Assembly (NCBI GenBank): GCA_016788345.1
Contig: JAEURO010000001.1
Coordinates: 3,812 to 53,981 of the forward strand
Reading direction: 5' to 3'
Source of the DNA: Chthonomonadaceae bacterium
GTDB lineage: Bacteria > Armatimonadota > Fimbriimonadia > Fimbriimonadales > Fimbriimonadaceae
DNA length: 50,170 bases
Shown here: piece by piece, positions 18,371-27,421 of the stretch
How the letters are laid out: each line of letters opens with the position of its first letter
How positions within the stretch are numbered: the stretch's first letter is position 1
The notes under the pieces: model-generated
Seen by the model: only the letters and a program-made list of their open reading frames with translations
The model's database searches: none
Told to the model about the DNA's origin: nothing
Position numbers and translations under genes: made by a program

Positions 18371-19246
18371 ATGCAAGAAGGCACACCGATTATCATCAAG
18401 AAGAAGAAAGGCCATGGCCATGGCCACCACGGTGGTGCATGGAAGGTCGCGTATGCCGATTTCGTGACCGCTATGATGGCCTTCTTCATGGTCATGTGGA
18501 TCATGGGCATGGACCAACCAACAAGGGAAGTCATTGCCGGCTACTTTAAAGATCCGATCGGATGGGAGAAAAACACCCCCAAGCACAAGGTCAATCTCAT
18601 CAAAGATTCTGGAGCCGTGTCAACTTCGCCGACCCGAGGTAATCCCAAAGAAAAGAAGGAGATCGAACAGGTCCGGCAACTCGAAGAGACCGTCACCAAG
18701 GCCATCGAACAAAAGCCTGAGCTCAAAAAGCTCAAATCCCAGCATGGTATTGAAATACGACGGACCCCGGAGGGCCTCCAGATCGAATTGGTAGAGAACG
18801 AAACCAACTCCGAGCTATTCTTCAAATTGGGTAGTGCAGAAGTCCGGTCACAGGCCCGCGCCGTTCTCGCCCGCCTCGCCCCCATCCTAAGGTCGACTGG
18901 TCGAAAGATGATCGTTGACGGGCATACCGACGCCCGACCCTTGAACAGAGTTGGATACGACAACTTCGATTTGAGCCACGACAGGGCGAACATGGTACGG
19001 AAGATCTTGGTCAATGGAGGGTGCAGGGCTTCTCAGTTCTTGGCTGTGCGAGGCTTCGCCGCCAACCAACCTCGAAAGGCGACTGACCCATACCACTTTA
19101 GCAACCGGAGGGTGACGATCCTCATCCCTTACGTGTTCCCAGCTGCCAAGATTGAGGGCCTTCCTGGCGACGTTGCCAGAGAGTCTATCGAAGGAGTCTT
19201 CAAGATGCCGGACACTAGTGTGGACCTCACGCAAAAAGAGCGGTGA
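18371..19246 (+). CDS. motB: Flagellar motor stator protein MotB (OmpA-like C-terminus)
   Basis: Has GGAWKVAYADFVTAMMAFFMVMW, the plug/TM segment with the conserved Asp, plus the OmpA-like GHTDARP...N..LS..RA. Confidence 0.9.
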   Translation: MQEGTPIIIKKKKGHGHGHHGGAWKVAYADFVTAMMAFFMVMWIMGMDQPTREVIAGYFKDPIGWEKNTPKHKVNLIKDSGAVSTSPTRGNPKEKKEIEQVRQLEETVTKAIEQKPELKKLKSQHGIEIRRTPEGLQIELVENETNSELFFKLGSAEVRSQARAVLARLAPILRSTGRKMIVDGHTDARPLNRVGYDNFDLSHDRANMVRKILVNGGCRASQFLAVRGFAANQPRKATDPYHFSNRRVTILIPYVFPAAKIEGLPGDVARESIEGVFKMPDTSVDLTQKER

Positions 19247-19403
19247 AAATCACCACCGGTCTCCGTTCTTGCCCAGATTGACGTCAGAGTCTGAATTGGG
19301 TTGCAAGGAACACAGTCTCAGTGACCGGTCTAGAAATGCGAATCCTGAAACGTCCGAGCCTGCCGTTCCATGACGGCACCTTCGGCGGTATCTTCTCCGA
19401 TAA

Positions 19404-20123
19404 ATGTCCCGCGACAAGGCGACCAAGATTGGCAAAGCGGCTGGATGTGGCGGGTGCGGCTGTGGTGCCCTATTCATCATGCTGCTGGGCGGATTTTTGT
19501 ACATTGCCCTCTTCACAAACACTTTTGCGAGAATGATGGGCGAGGAGACCTATCCGTTGGCGTCCGATCCCAAAGAGTTCGACCCTTTTGCGGCTCTGGA
19601 TGACGTGCGCAAGAGGGTTGGCGGCCAGGCAATATTGGTCAGCATTGAAGCGGATTTCGTACGGTCAGACGGGACAATGGACTTGACCGCCACGTACTCC
19701 CCGGCTCCAAGAGTCACCTACACGTTCGTAGTCCAGCTCGATCCGCCTCCCGTAGACGCACCTCCCATCGGCGCGGGCCGCGCACCTGGGGATGTCTGGC
19801 TCCAGCAAGTGAGTGTCGTCTGCTATGAACCAGGCCAACGCCGGTCGGTCACCCGGATCAGTGGAGGCTCTCGTTCCCAGTACACTTACACAAACGAAGG
19901 AATGGATGTAGACCGCGGGTCACCGCGGATGGGGAAACTCCCTGCGGACATAGGAGCCCCAAAAGTATCGACCGCAAACCTCTGGAGTTCGGCGATGGCC
20001 AAGGGGGCGCCAAGGGATGCTGTATCCCGGATCTCATTTAGTAAGGATGGATACGAGTTTTCTGTAACTGGGCTCAAAGTTGGGTTCGAGCTTGACCGCG
20101 AGGGTAAGCCTCGCACTCGTTGA
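19404..20123 (+). CDS. Hypothetical single-pass membrane protein
   Basis: 239-aa ORF with an N-terminal Cys/Gly-rich stretch and a TM helix (ALFIMLLGGFLYIALF). No family recognised. Confidence 0.45.
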   Translation: MSRDKATKIGKAAGCGGCGCGALFIMLLGGFLYIALFTNTFARMMGEETYPLASDPKEFDPFAALDDVRKRVGGQAILVSIEADFVRSDGTMDLTATYSPAPRVTYTFVVQLDPPPVDAPPIGAGRAPGDVWLQQVSVVCYEPGQRRSVTRISGGSRSQYTYTNEGMDVDRGSPRMGKLPADIGAPKVSTANLWSSAMAKGAPRDAVSRISFSKDGYEFSVTGLKVGFELDREGKPRTR

Positions 20124-20247
20124 AACGGGTACGCGGCTCTTGCATCCGAGATCAACGTTGTCCATTTGTCACAAAACTGCAGCATATCGACAATAAGTCA
20201 TCAAGCGACACTGGACAGAGTCTGGTGACGGCCCGGTGAAGCAAAAT

Positions 20248-20922
20248 ATGAAATTCAATTCGCAAGTTCGACTTTTGGCAGCGTTGATGGCCCTGGCTGT
20301 CGGTACGGTGGCCTTTGCAGACGACTATAACCCTCCGTCTTGGAGGCTTGGCAATGCGTCCGCTACAGTCCAAGAGTGGGATTTCAACACTCCCTCACAG
20401 CCTCTTGCCCCAGACGGAAACACATGGGGCTCGGGCGGCAGCGGGTTTGTCAACCCGTTTGGCACGCCTCTCATGACCACCAATGCCTCGTGGGCACCTT
20501 CAATCGGGACACGGAACGGCATTTATCAACTGACCCAGCCTGCGGACGTCATGTCGTTTGACATTCCCAATCACTTTGGTTCGAACGACGTCAAAGACAT
20601 TTGGATCCAAGTGACGTTTCTCGACCCGACTGGAGGCTTTCCAGCCGTAGGAATCGTGTCTTCGTCCTTTACAGGCCCTGCTACTTTTGTCTCATCTCAA
20701 GCAACAGCCGACGGATTCACCCAAGCGACATGGTCTGCCAGGTTCGGCCCATGCCCACAGAACGAGGTCATCCAGATAGCCGGGCACTTGCCAGGTGCCA
20801 TCGTCTTCGTGGACCAGGTTGTCATCGACACAATCTGCAACCCTGTCCCCGAGCCTAGCAGCCTGGCGATTCTTGGAGCAGGTGCCATCGCCGTGGTTAG
20901 AAAACGACGAAGAAAGCTCTGA
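20248..20922 (+). CDS. PEP-CTERM sorting-domain secreted protein
   Basis: Signal peptide MKFNSQVRLLAALMALAVGTVAFA. The C-terminus PVPEPSSLAILGAGAIAVVRKRRRKL is a PEP motif, TM helix and basic tail. Confidence 0.8.
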   Translation: MKFNSQVRLLAALMALAVGTVAFADDYNPPSWRLGNASATVQEWDFNTPSQPLAPDGNTWGSGGSGFVNPFGTPLMTTNASWAPSIGTRNGIYQLTQPADVMSFDIPNHFGSNDVKDIWIQVTFLDPTGGFPAVGIVSSSFTGPATFVSSQATADGFTQATWSARFGPCPQNEVIQIAGHLPGAIVFVDQVVIDTICNPVPEPSSLAILGAGAIAVVRKRRRKL

Positions 20923-20938
20923 GATCGATGAATTAGGG

Positions 20939-20969
20939 GGCCCGCCTCGTAGCGGCGGGCCTCATTTTT
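20939..20969 (+). terminator. Rho-independent terminator
   Basis: GGCCCGCC (20939-20946) pairs with GGCGGGCC (20954-20961) across a 7-nt loop, followed by TCATTTTT. Confidence 0.7.
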
Positions 20970-20988
20970 GAGTAACCTTTTCGCAGTC

Positions 20989-21339
20989 ATGAGCCGAATC
21001 CTCTTTATCAGCCCCATGGTTCCGACAACAGACCTCTCCGCTTCTGCTGGCTTTCTTGTCGGGGCGTTGGGGTTCAAGGAAGTCTTCAATGAAGACGGGT
21101 ACGGGATTTGCGAGCGAGACGGTCTCACCATACACTTCTTGCCTGCAGGTTCCAACGTCGGCCAAATGGAGACCTATATCGAAGTGGACGATGTCGATGA
21201 CGTATGGGAAGGCATGAAAGACAAGGTCGGAGACATCAAGCACAAGGAGCCATTCGACAGGCCCTATGGAATGAGGGAGATCCACGTTGAACTCCCGGCT
21301 ACCAAGTGCTTACTATTCATCGGTCAGTCGATCACGTGA
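20989..21339 (+). CDS. Glyoxalase/bleomycin-resistance (VOC) family protein
   Basis: About 116 aa from the ATG after the terminator. The pattern is VOC-like (PMVPTTDLSASAGFLVGALGF ... GLTIHF ... YIEVDDVD ... YGMREIHV). Confidence 0.6.
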   Translation: MSRILFISPMVPTTDLSASAGFLVGALGFKEVFNEDGYGICERDGLTIHFLPAGSNVGQMETYIEVDDVDDVWEGMKDKVGDIKHKEPFDRPYGMREIHVELPATKCLLFIGQSIT

Positions 21340-21380
21340 CCTCCGGGGACAAAACAAGGTGGTCTGAAAAACTAGGGCGC

Positions 21381-22895
21381 CTACAAGTCAGCGAGAAAGC
21401 GTTCCAACCGTTCTCGACAATCGGTTGAACCTAGGACGGCCATCAACTCGAACAGTCCCGGCCCTGTCGACGCCCCGGTCAAGGCCAGGCGCACAGGGTG
21501 GACGACAGGGCCAAGCTTTTCGATCCTGAGACTTGTCTGGACTGAACGCAACAGGCCCTCGAAGTCGGAGGGCCCCATGCCGGCATCCGTGGTCAGGCCC
21601 TCGGCGACAGATTGGACCACTTGTGAAGTCGTGGGAACGGCCTTCCATTTGACCAGGGCTGCCTCTTCATAACTAGACGGAGCTTCCAAAACAAACAGGG
21701 ATGCCTTCCCAAAATCCGCAAGGGTCGTCACTCGTTCCTTTACCAACTCGACAGCACTGGCTTGAAGATCGTGTCGAGAGTCATCGGCAAAATACGAAAG
21801 GCCCCTCATATTTACGCCCGAATCGGGATGAGCCGCCCAGTAGGACTCTGTCTCCGGATTCGATGCGTAGCCTTTGACCTCGCTCAATAGTGAACCGGTG
21901 TCCATACCGCGGACATGCACTCCCTGCATCCACATGAGCTTGTCCAAGTCAAACACGCCCGAGGAGGGCTGAATGCCTCGAATCTCAAAAGCCTCGGCCA
22001 TCTCGTTGATGGACATGACCTCCTTGTCTCCACCCGGCGACCACCCGATCAAGGCAATAAAGTTCGCGAGCGCGACTCCTAGGTATCCTTGCCGGCGAAA
22101 ATCCAGCGCGGCTGTATCCCCATGCCTCTTTGAGAGCTTTGAACCGTCTCGTCCTTTGATGACTGGAAGGTGAACCATCTCAGGTGGATCCCACCCCAAT
22201 GACTTAAACAGAACAATGTGTTTTGGAGCGCTGCCCAGCCACTCTTCGCCTCGAAAAATATGTGTGACACCCATGAGGTGGTCATCAACCATTGCAGCAA
22301 AGTGATAAGTCGGCATTCCGTCCGACTTGATCAGAACGGGGTCATCCAACGTGTTTGAGGGATATTCGATCTTGCCACGGACCCCGTCCATGACGATAAT
22401 CGTCTCGTCACGTGGAATTCTGAGTCGGACTACGCCTGGTCTGCCCTCGGCCCTGGCTTTTTCACGCTCGACCTCTGACGCATCGCGCCATGCGCCCCCA
22501 AAGTAACCCGTCGCAAGGCCCTGGTCTGTTTGGCTCTTCCGCATCTCCTCAAGCTCCTGCGGCGTGTCGAAGGCCCAATACGCAAAGCCGGACTCGATCA
22601 GGCGGTTCCAATGTGGGTCGTAGAGTCCGGCCAGGCTTCGCTCGCTTTGTACATACGGACCACAGTCGCCGCCAGCCCCATACCCTTCTTGCCATTGGAT
22701 CCCGACGTACTTAAGGCTTTCGACAATGTCAGCTTCACAACCTGGCACCGACCTGCTTCGGTCAGTGTCTTCGATGCGCAGAATGTTCGTGCCACCATGC
22801 CTCCTCGCAAAGAGGTCGTTGAAGAGCGCTGTCCGAATATTGCCGACGTGTGGACTACCGGTCGGGCTGGGGGCATATCGGACGCGGACTGACAT
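21381..22895 (-). CDS. gltX: Glutamate--tRNA ligase
   Basis: 504 aa with RYAPSPTGSPHVGNIRTALF (HIGH-type) and GSKLSKRHG (KMSKS-type). Confidence 0.95.
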   Translation of the reverse strand: MSVRVRYAPSPTGSPHVGNIRTALFNDLFARRHGGTNILRIEDTDRSRSVPGCEADIVESLKYVGIQWQEGYGAGGDCGPYVQSERSLAGLYDPHWNRLIESGFAYWAFDTPQELEEMRKSQTDQGLATGYFGGAWRDASEVEREKARAEGRPGVVRLRIPRDETIIVMDGVRGKIEYPSNTLDDPVLIKSDGMPTYHFAAMVDDHLMGVTHIFRGEEWLGSAPKHIVLFKSLGWDPPEMVHLPVIKGRDGSKLSKRHGDTAALDFRRQGYLGVALANFIALIGWSPGGDKEVMSINEMAEAFEIRGIQPSSGVFDLDKLMWMQGVHVRGMDTGSLLSEVKGYASNPETESYWAAHPDSGVNMRGLSYFADDSRHDLQASAVELVKERVTTLADFGKASLFVLEAPSSYEEAALVKWKAVPTTSQVVQSVAEGLTTDAGMGPSDFEGLLRSVQTSLRIEKLGPVVHPVRLALTGASTGPGLFELMAVLGSTDCRERLERFLADL

Positions 22896-22941
22896 CGACC
22901 CTCATTATGGCGGGGCCAGGGCCTAGTGAGCGGGCAACCCC

Positions 22942-23193
22942 TTGACGATTTTTTCCGTCAAATTGTCAGTGGACACAATTGCTCCCCGACGCCCATCCTT
23001 ACCTTGGAAGGCCTTGGTTTCAGCATTGATCGGACTTCTTTATGGGGCATCCCCGTTGGATGTGATCCCCGATGTGATTCCGCTTCTCGGTTGGTTCGAT
23101 GATGGCCTCGTCGGATTGGTCATGCTAGTCTTATCCGTGTCGTCGTTTGTACGCTGGCAGAAAGCCAGGCGGCAATCCTCGCTGGTCCGATAG
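22942..23193 (+). CDS. DUF1232 (YkvA-like) membrane protein
   Basis: Has LDVIPDVIPLLGWFDDGLV, the DUF1232 signature. Non-ATG start. Confidence 0.7.
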   Translation: MTIFSVKLSVDTIAPRRPSLPWKALVSALIGLLYGASPLDVIPDVIPLLGWFDDGLVGLVMLVLSVSSFVRWQKARRQSSLVR

Positions 23194-23249
23194 CAAAAAC
23201 ATGAACTAACGCAACAAGAGTGCGAAAAGTCATGTAGAATACCATTGGT

Positions 23250-23558
23250 TTGGGTCGGCCTGTTTGGAAAAAAATATGGGTTTGGCTAGCGTGCCTGGTC
23301 TTTGTACAGCATGCAGTGCTCCCTATTATCCACGCACAGTCTGGATGCGACTGCACTTCGGCGACTAAGAAAGCGTCAGACGCCAAGCCCTGTGCATGGG
23401 CACAATTAAATGTGTCTCCACTCGTGGAGGCGGAGGGATCTGGATGGAACCTGACTTTCTACAGTGGCCCTGAACCACAGTTTTCAATCCATTCATCCCC
23501 AGGTTCTATCACTCATTTTGGCGAAATCCTCGTCCGTGGCCCACCTTACGAATCATAG
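23250..23558 (+). CDS. Possible small secreted protein (hypothetical)
   Basis: 102-aa ORF with a TTG start and a signal-like N-terminus (KKIWVWLACLVFVQHAVLPIIHA). No homology recognised. It fills an otherwise 430-nt gap upstream of a pseudopilin gene. Confidence 0.2.
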   Translation: MGRPVWKKIWVWLACLVFVQHAVLPIIHAQSGCDCTSATKKASDAKPCAWAQLNVSPLVEAEGSGWNLTFYSGPEPQFSIHSSPGSITHFGEILVRGPPYES

Positions 23559-23623
23559 TTCTCCACTTCACCCCCCTTTTCGCTCGTCCAGCCGCGGCTG
23601 GCGCGACCCTCTGATTCAGAACT

Positions 23624-24325
23624 ATGAAATCCAAAGCTTTTACTTTAATCGAGCTCCTCGTCGTGATCGCGATCATTGCGATCTTGGCGGCGATCCTGTT
23701 CCCCGTTTTTTCTCAAGCCAAAATGGCCGCCAAGAAAACCAGTGACCTCTCAAATTTTCGCCAGATCGGCAATGCCATAACCCTCTATGCTTCTGACAAT
23801 GACGACCGGACCATGTACGTCGACCACTCGAACGATTACAAGTGGTTCGTCCCGCTGTACACCTACGTGAAGTCGAAGGACGTTTTCACGACGCCGGCTT
23901 ATAAACGGCACGAGGTCGTCGATGACGAAGGTGTGACCATCATGCCGGAAACAGACTACAGCATAAATGGACTGTTTTCACATGGAGAATCCATGACCGT
24001 TAGCTCGGATTCTGCAAAGCAAATCGTTGTCGGGTTAAGGAACATCGAGGCGGCAGACCCGGACTATCATCCTTGGCCCGGAGCAGCCTATCAGGATCCG
24101 AATACCCCAGACTGGAATGACATCACTAAGTACATAGGAGCCGACCACTTAGGCGGCGAGGAAGAGGATTGGTTCCAAGAAAGACTTCAAATTTCTCCTT
24201 GGAACGGCGGTTCAAACTACTCATTTCTTGACGGTCACGCCAAGTTCATCAAATGGACCAAGTCGATCGAGGCGCCCTTACCTGGGATGCATAATCCAGA
24301 TCGAATTGTCGAAAAGCTCTTGTGA
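23624..24325 (+). CDS. Prepilin-type N-terminal domain pseudopilin (H-X9-DG type)
   Basis: Starts MKSKA|[24 protein letters not shown] and has C-terminal [16 protein letters not shown]. Confidence 0.85.
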   Translation: MKSKAFTLIELLVVIAIIAILAAILFPVFSQAKMAAKKTSDLSNFRQIGNAITLYASDNDDRTMYVDHSNDYKWFVPLYTYVKSKDVFTTPAYKRHEVVDDEGVTIMPETDYSINGLFSHGESMTVSSDSAKQIVVGLRNIEAADPDYHPWPGAAYQDPNTPDWNDITKYIGADHLGGEEEDWFQERLQISPWNGGSNYSFLDGHAKFIKWTKSIEAPLPGMHNPDRIVEKLL

Positions 24326-24344
24326 ACCCCACTCGCCTGACCGG

Positions 24345-24848
24345 ATGGTCGCCGTTTCGATTGGATCAAACATCGGCGACCGGGTTGGCAACTTGGCCAG
24401 GGCTGTAAAAGCCCTGGCCCGACTCGACTCGAACGCAGTGGTGAGCAGTGTTTATGAGACAGCTCCCATGTACGAAATCGACCAAGCCAAGTTTCTCAAC
24501 GCGATTGTTGTCTTTACATCTAAGCTAGAGGCAAGCGAGCTCCTCGACGTGTTCAAGGTGACCGAGGCCGAGATTGGCCGAAAGAAAAGGCTGGCCAATG
24601 GACCGCGTGAAATCGATTTGGACCTCGTTTGGATTGATGGCTATCAGTCTCCTCTAGGCGCCGTCCCAATCGTCCCACATCCGAGGGCACATGAGAGAAA
24701 GTTTGTCCTCGAACCTCTGAACGAAATCCTTCCAGGTATCGTTCTACAAGGATATGGAAAGGTCGAGCGGCTCCTGATGTCGGAAGACCTCCAGGGGCAG
24801 TCGGTCGACAAAGTGGAAGATGCGTCGATTCTCTTATCTAGCGGTTGA
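24345..24848 (+). CDS. folK: 2-amino-4-hydroxy-6-hydroxymethyldihydropteridine pyrophosphokinase (HPPK)
   Basis: Has VAVSIGSNIGDR...S.VYET.P......F.N......T......LL......E...GR.....GPR.IDLD...... HPRAHER.FVL.PL. The start is the internal ATG at 24345. Confidence 0.88.
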   Translation: MVAVSIGSNIGDRVGNLARAVKALARLDSNAVVSSVYETAPMYEIDQAKFLNAIVVFTSKLEASELLDVFKVTEAEIGRKKRLANGPREIDLDLVWIDGYQSPLGAVPIVPHPRAHERKFVLEPLNEILPGIVLQGYGKVERLLMSEDLQGQSVDKVEDASILLSSG

Positions 24849-26124
24849 TAGGGCAGGGCATGAGGTCAGCGGAGTGCTGGATGCGGTCACTGAAAACGAC
24901 CTTGTAGTGCGATTGTCAAACCAAGGCCTCAGATTGAAATCCATCGCAGCTGCTCCAGGAGCTCAGCCCGGGCCAAGTGTTTCCACCTCAAGAGTCGTTC
25001 CTGTCTCTGGACTTGTCGCCGCCAATAACTCTGTTCCCGCCGCCGCCCCAAAAACTGCCCCTGCCGTACCGACGGTATCACAATCCATCCGAACAAAACG
25101 CGCCAGCGCCAAGGACTTAATGTTCCTGTTTACTCAGCTCGGAACCTTGCTCAGATCAGGGATCAGCCCGACGGCCGCCCTGACCGAGTTGGCGAGCAGG
25201 CTGGCGAAGTCTTCCTTGTCCAATGTGTTGCACGAGATGTCCAAGCGTGTGGCCACGGGGGCGACTCTAGCTGACTCAATGGCGGTGTATGCAGACGTGT
25301 TCCCCCCAGGCACCGTCAAATCTGTTCAAGCGGGCGAAACTGGCGGCTACACTTGGCAAGCCTGCGAAACGCTTAGCGAGCAATTCGCGTCGTCACACAA
25401 AATGCGCTGGGCTGTCAGGTTGTTCCGTTGGGTCGCAGTTGCCGGGCTACTCGGTGTGCCTGTCGTATTTGCCATAACCCTGGCTCTCGACTACTCCTTT
25501 GCGACCTTGTCCGGTCTACCTGGCCTAGTGAAGGGGTTTGGCCAGGCCATGTTGGGCCCCGCTGGCTTGGCGATCCTAGTAATGACGGCTGGATATTGGG
25601 TACTCAGGCTCTGCTTTGTCCGGACAGAGGCGCGGGCCCTCCGTCACAAAATTGGCGCGCACGTACCCGTATTTTCAGCTAAGGCGAGGGCTGAGTGCCT
25701 GGCTGTCTTTAATTGGCATTTGGGAAAGTTATCCGAAGCTGGGATCGCCCCAATGACAGCTTGGAGACTTGCGGGCGAATCGGTTCCAAACGAGCACTTT
25801 GCAGGACTCTTTCGCGAACTCGGTCAGAGGGCCACTGAGTCGACAAAACTGTCTCAGCTTGTCCGCTCTTCCAAGGTTTTTCCGCCTGAGTATTGCAGTG
25901 TCATCGAGACTGGAGAATTGGCCGGAAGTCTGCCCGCCGCATTGAGCCAAGCGTCCGTATTGGCCAACGATTCAGCATCAAGATATGACAAAGCATCGAG
26001 GACTTCGCTCTATCTGGCCTATATCGCTTTGTTCATGGTTCTGGGGATCACATGCGGAAAGATGTTTTACACTGCATACGTGAACAGTTTGATCAAGCAC
26101 ACTGTCGAGGAGGCAGAACAGTAA
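24820..26124 (+). CDS. Type II secretion / type IV pilus platform protein (GspF/PilC family), paralogue 1
   Basis: 434 aa with an N-terminal FSYLAVDRAGHEVSGVLDA motif and two T2SSF-type repeats (LMFLFTQLGTLLRSGISP...; LAVFNWHLGKLSEAGIAP...) with TM segments. It overlaps the folK end by 29 nt. Confidence 0.8.
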   Translation: MRRFSYLAVDRAGHEVSGVLDAVTENDLVVRLSNQGLRLKSIAAAPGAQPGPSVSTSRVVPVSGLVAANNSVPAAAPKTAPAVPTVSQSIRTKRASAKDLMFLFTQLGTLLRSGISPTAALTELASRLAKSSLSNVLHEMSKRVATGATLADSMAVYADVFPPGTVKSVQAGETGGYTWQACETLSEQFASSHKMRWAVRLFRWVAVAGLLGVPVVFAITLALDYSFATLSGLPGLVKGFGQAMLGPAGLAILVMTAGYWVLRLCFVRTEARALRHKIGAHVPVFSAKARAECLAVFNWHLGKLSEAGIAPMTAWRLAGESVPNEHFAGLFRELGQRATESTKLSQLVRSSKVFPPEYCSVIETGELAGSLPAALSQASVLANDSASRYDKASRTSLYLAYIALFMVLGITCGKMFYTAYVNSLIKHTVEEAEQ

Positions 26125-26127
26125 GGC

Positions 26128-27336
26128 ATGCCGACTTTCGAGTACTCGGCGATTGATTTTGCGGGCAACCCGGTGAACGGACTGGTTGACGAAGCCGATC
26201 TCGCGCTGGCTAGCAAGGCCCTGACCGAAAAGGGCCTGACCGTCCAGAAGCTTGAAGTCCGGCAGCCCCTCGCCGCACCCTCTGCCCCGCCCACAGAGCC
26301 TAGGAACACGTTTCGCACCGAGGTGGCAGGGCGAGCGATCCAACTCGTTTCTCTCCAGAGCCTGGAGTTTTTCTTCAGCCAGTTGGGAACCCTCCTCGAA
26401 GCAGGGATCAACCCCGTGGACGGGCTAGAATCTCTGGCGCGACAGTCGAACAACGCGATACTTCGATCGGTGATTGAAGAATGCCGTGGCCACGTGACCG
26501 TGGGACGACCCCTGAGCGTCGGCCTTCAACGGTACCCGGAGATCTTCTCCCCTTTGATCTTGAGCTTGGTCAGGGTCGGCGAAGAGGGCGGAATGCTTTC
26601 GACCCAGTGCAAGTTGATAAGTGAGTACATCCACAGGGACATCGAACTGAAAAACATGATTCGGCGCGAAACCATGGGCCCGAAAGTCACGGTGTTCGGA
26701 TCCATCGCGATCATAGTCGGAGTCAACGGGTTTCTTCAAATCATCGCGCCAAAATCTGGGGGGCTTCCCGTCCCAACCACCTTCTGGGTTGTGGCAGCCA
26801 TCATTACGGTCGCGGTCTGGCTGTTTCGCTCATTCATGCTCCCTCGTCCGCCGGTCAGGCGGGCTTTCGACGAATTCGTCCTAACGTTGCCCGGCCTCGG
26901 CGGGATGGCGCACGGTTTTGCAATGGCCAAGTTTGGCCGGGCGTTTGGAGCGTTGTACAAGGGTGGGGTGGCGTTACCTAAGGCAGTCCGCCTCGCGTGC
27001 GACGCTTGTGACAACGAGGCCGTCCGGGCCAAAGTGATGCCGGCCACCGACGCACTGGAGCGGGGGGCGGGAGTGACCGAGACCCTCCGCTCGACAAATG
27101 CCTTTAGCCCATTGGTATTGGACATGACCCGCACTGGAGAAACGACCGGAAACATGGATGAAATGCTGGTCAAAGTCTCTGAGTATTACGAATCTGAAGG
27201 GGCCATGAAGGCTCAGGTCGCCTCAAAAATCATTGGCGTCGTGTGCTTGGTACTTGTCGCTGTCTATGTCTTGTTCATCCTCCTGTCGTTCTATGGAGGC
27301 TATTTTGCGAGCCTCATGGGCGGTGCCGGGAGTTGA
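26128..27336 (+). CDS. Type II secretion / type IV pilus platform protein (GspF/PilC family), paralogue 2
   Basis: 402 aa with N-terminal FEYSAIDFAGNPVNGLVDA and two T2SSF repeats (FFFSQLGTLLEAGINP...; AKFGRAFGALYKGGVALP...). It starts 3 nt after the paralogue-1 stop. Confidence 0.85.
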   Translation: MPTFEYSAIDFAGNPVNGLVDEADLALASKALTEKGLTVQKLEVRQPLAAPSAPPTEPRNTFRTEVAGRAIQLVSLQSLEFFFSQLGTLLEAGINPVDGLESLARQSNNAILRSVIEECRGHVTVGRPLSVGLQRYPEIFSPLILSLVRVGEEGGMLSTQCKLISEYIHRDIELKNMIRRETMGPKVTVFGSIAIIVGVNGFLQIIAPKSGGLPVPTTFWVVAAIITVAVWLFRSFMLPRPPVRRAFDEFVLTLPGLGGMAHGFAMAKFGRAFGALYKGGVALPKAVRLACDACDNEAVRAKVMPATDALERGAGVTETLRSTNAFSPLVLDMTRTGETTGNMDEMLVKVSEYYESEGAMKAQVASKIIGVVCLVLVAVYVLFILLSFYGGYFASLMGGAGS

Positions 27337-27421
27337 CATGTGGACAAATTGGGGATTACTTCCTCAATTTTCTTGGGAGTCGGCCTGTAGGTTCAAGCTG
27401 TGAGGATTTGTCCATGAATCA

